Shown here piece after piece: positions 25,424 to 26,703 of a DNA stretch of 26,703 nt. Within the stretch, counting starts at the first letter, position 1. Each line of letters starts with the position of its first letter. This DNA is from a virus. The stretch is from the IMG/VR virus record IMGVR_UViG_3300028042_000004. The stretch is one strand, 5' to 3'. The notes beneath the pieces were generated by a model, which saw only the letters and a list, made by a program, of their open reading frames with translations, ran no database searches and was not told the DNA's origin. Position numbers and translations under genes: made by a program.

Positions 25424-25694
25424 CTTCTATTTTTCTTCTCTTACTATTTAACTTATTAATAACCTTAAACCCTTGAATTCTAGAGTAAATTGTCTTTAGC
25501 TTATATGTTCCTGGAAAATTATCACCAAACAAGGCAGATTTTCTTTTCATTACTCTGAATACTCTTTCATTTCTAAGCATTCTTCTAACAATATCAAAAC
25601 TATCTTCCATCATCTCTAAAATAGCCTTACGCTCGATGTCTGGATAAAGTTCTTGCATATAATCTACATAATCATCTAAGTACTTGGTCTTCAT
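25401..25694 (-). CDS. small basic protein, putative IHF/HU-like
   Basis: Helical N-term YLDDYVDYMQELYPDIERKAILEMM, basic C-term; sits immediately upstream of the stabilization gene as in crAss-like phages. Function inferred mainly from position. Confidence 0.5.
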   Translation of the reverse strand: MKTKYLDDYVDYMQELYPDIERKAILEMMEDSFDIVRRMLRNERVFRVMKRKSALFGDNFPGTYKLKTIYSRIQGFKVINKLNSKRRKIEDDKSINK

Positions 25695-26344
25695 TTTTTC
25701 TTATTTAATCTTTTCCACTTACCAAAAAAAGCTTCTGTATTTCCTTTTTCTATAGCTTCAGTTACATTCTTTTTCCAGAGGTGTTCTGGATTAGACATTG
25801 GTTTATCTAGTTTTATATGCCTGGTGCCATTATATATATTGTCAAGAAAGACAGAATACATAAAGCTAGGTAAAATTACTACTGCCCCAACCTTGTCTTT
25901 GTGGCCAAGCTCCATCATAACTGTAGGAACTTTCCAGCCTGCTTTTTTTATATCGAAAGAAGGCACTCCATACATCCCATATTTATTGAACTTATCAATA
26001 ACGCCTGAGGAAGGAGTAGAGTCCCACCTATGAAAGCGCAGATCTCTTTTCTTATCATATACTACATCATAACCATTTATAAAGTCAAATACCATTCTCT
26101 CATACATGTCGTAAAAGAAAGTAGAGTATAATATATCTATATCTGGCTTTGTTTTTTTAAATAGAGGCAATTGATAGAAGAACATTCCTTTTCGAAGTTT
26201 TGGAACCCTCATTCTCTTTAAGAAAAGCTCTCTAGCTCCTACAAAGTAACCGTTCTTTGGGATAAGATCCCTTAAACTTTTCTTCAATTCATTTGCTGTC
26301 CATCCCAGCTTTGGATATTTATTGACTCTTTTTCTTCTTGCCAT
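25691..26344 (-). CDS. basic hypothetical protein, putative IHF/HU-like DNA-binding protein
   Basis: Lys/Arg-rich 217 aa between the ring protein and stabilization genes; ATGA overlap with the next gene. Confidence 0.45.
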   Translation of the reverse strand: MARRKRVNKYPKLGWTANELKKSLRDLIPKNGYFVGARELFLKRMRVPKLRKGMFFYQLPLFKKTKPDIDILYSTFFYDMYERMVFDFINGYDVVYDKKRDLRFHRWDSTPSSGVIDKFNKYGMYGVPSFDIKKAGWKVPTVMMELGHKDKVGAVVILPSFMYSVFLDNIYNGTRHIKLDKPMSNPEHLWKKNVTEAIEKGNTEAFFGKWKRLNKKK

Positions 26345-26345
26345 A

Positions 26346-26703
26346 TTACCTACTAAATTTCATAGGTCTTCTATATGCTTTTCTGTTAAAAGAAGTCTTG
26401 GCATCCATCATCTCTTCTAACTCATTGTCAGTGATGTTCTCTGGTATGGATGCGGCCTGCATTAGCCTACCTGATTCTGCTGTAAAATATTCTAACAATT
26501 GGGCCTGTTTATTATTCCCCATTGCCAGGTTCTTTATAATTATGTATTTTCCACTATATACCGCCAGAGCATTTGCCTGTTTACGTGATATCATAGGGTA
26601 TCCCTCTTTATCTACTGAGGTACCAGTGAAGGCTATTATTATCTGTTCTCCAGCAAGAGCCTTATCCACTGTTATATGTCTATCATCAAGTTGGTATGAT
26701 ATG
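26346..26703 (-). CDS. tail ring/tubular protein, partial (C-terminal part; start beyond right edge)
   Basis: Frame stays open to the window edge (ISYQLDDRHITVDKAL...). VDKEGYPMI...ALAVY and IPENITDNELEEMMDAKTSFNRK resemble crAss-like ring/tubular protein C-termini. Confidence 0.7.
   Translation of the reverse strand, partial: ISYQLDDRHITVDKALAGEQIIIAFTGTSVDKEGYPMISRKQANALAVYSGKYIIIKNLAMGNNKQAQLLEYFTAESGRLMQAASIPENITDNELEEMMDAKTSFNRKAYRRPMKFSR

Larger units (their letters stand above)
1..26703 (-). other. crAss-like (Crassvirales-type) phage tail/late gene block
   Basis: Co-oriented tightly packed ORFs (TAATG overlaps at 7563 and 20855, ATGA at 25691-25694). The order ring/tubular protein, two small basic proteins, ~1500-aa stabilization protein, fibres, DUF5675 matches crAss-like tail modules as I recall them. 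Starts are A-rich with no Shine-Dalgarno. Confidence 0.85.

Noticed and set aside
610-25694. Stop-codon reassignment (code 15 or 4), known in some crAss-like phages
   Set aside because: Long ORFs tile the window under the standard code. TAG (610-612) and TGA (25691-25693) end genes immediately next to the following start, so both act as stops.
1632-26033. Plus-strand ORFs in the track and nested minus-strand ORFs (6096-6314, 13328-13525, 17871-18092)
   Set aside because: All are shadows overlapping longer motif-bearing genes, with no recognisable motifs or start context.
1-26703. tRNA genes or CRISPR array
   Set aside because: Spacers are short (largest about 140 nt), with no cloverleaf or repeat-spacer pattern seen.

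Overview
AT-rich, gene-dense stretch of a crAss-like (Crassvirales-type) bacteriophage genome, probably infecting a Bacteroidota host. All credible genes lie on the minus strand as one late/structural block. In transcription order (right to left) it holds a partial tail ring/tubular protein, two putative IHF/HU-like proteins, the 1522-aa tail stabilization (muzzle) protein, nine tail-fibre/adaptor genes, a FN3+propeller protein and a 6xFN3 protein. These are followed by a hexapeptide-repeat protein, an unannotated 53-aa penta-cysteine ORF, a 900-aa repeat-rich fibre with a C1q/TNF-like end, and a DUF5675 peptidase / 8-strand beta-barrel / lipoprotein trio ending at a terminator. The main observation is that the nine fibre genes (9249-20855) follow a 'domino' grammar. 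The C-terminal module type of a gene predicts the N-terminal module type of the next gene (B then A/C, E then F), suggesting plug-and-socket docking pairs that build a segmented, possibly branched or extendable fibre. Family assignments come from motif recognition by eye, not database searches. No tRNA, CRISPR array, integrase, RT/DGR or stop-codon recoding was seen.
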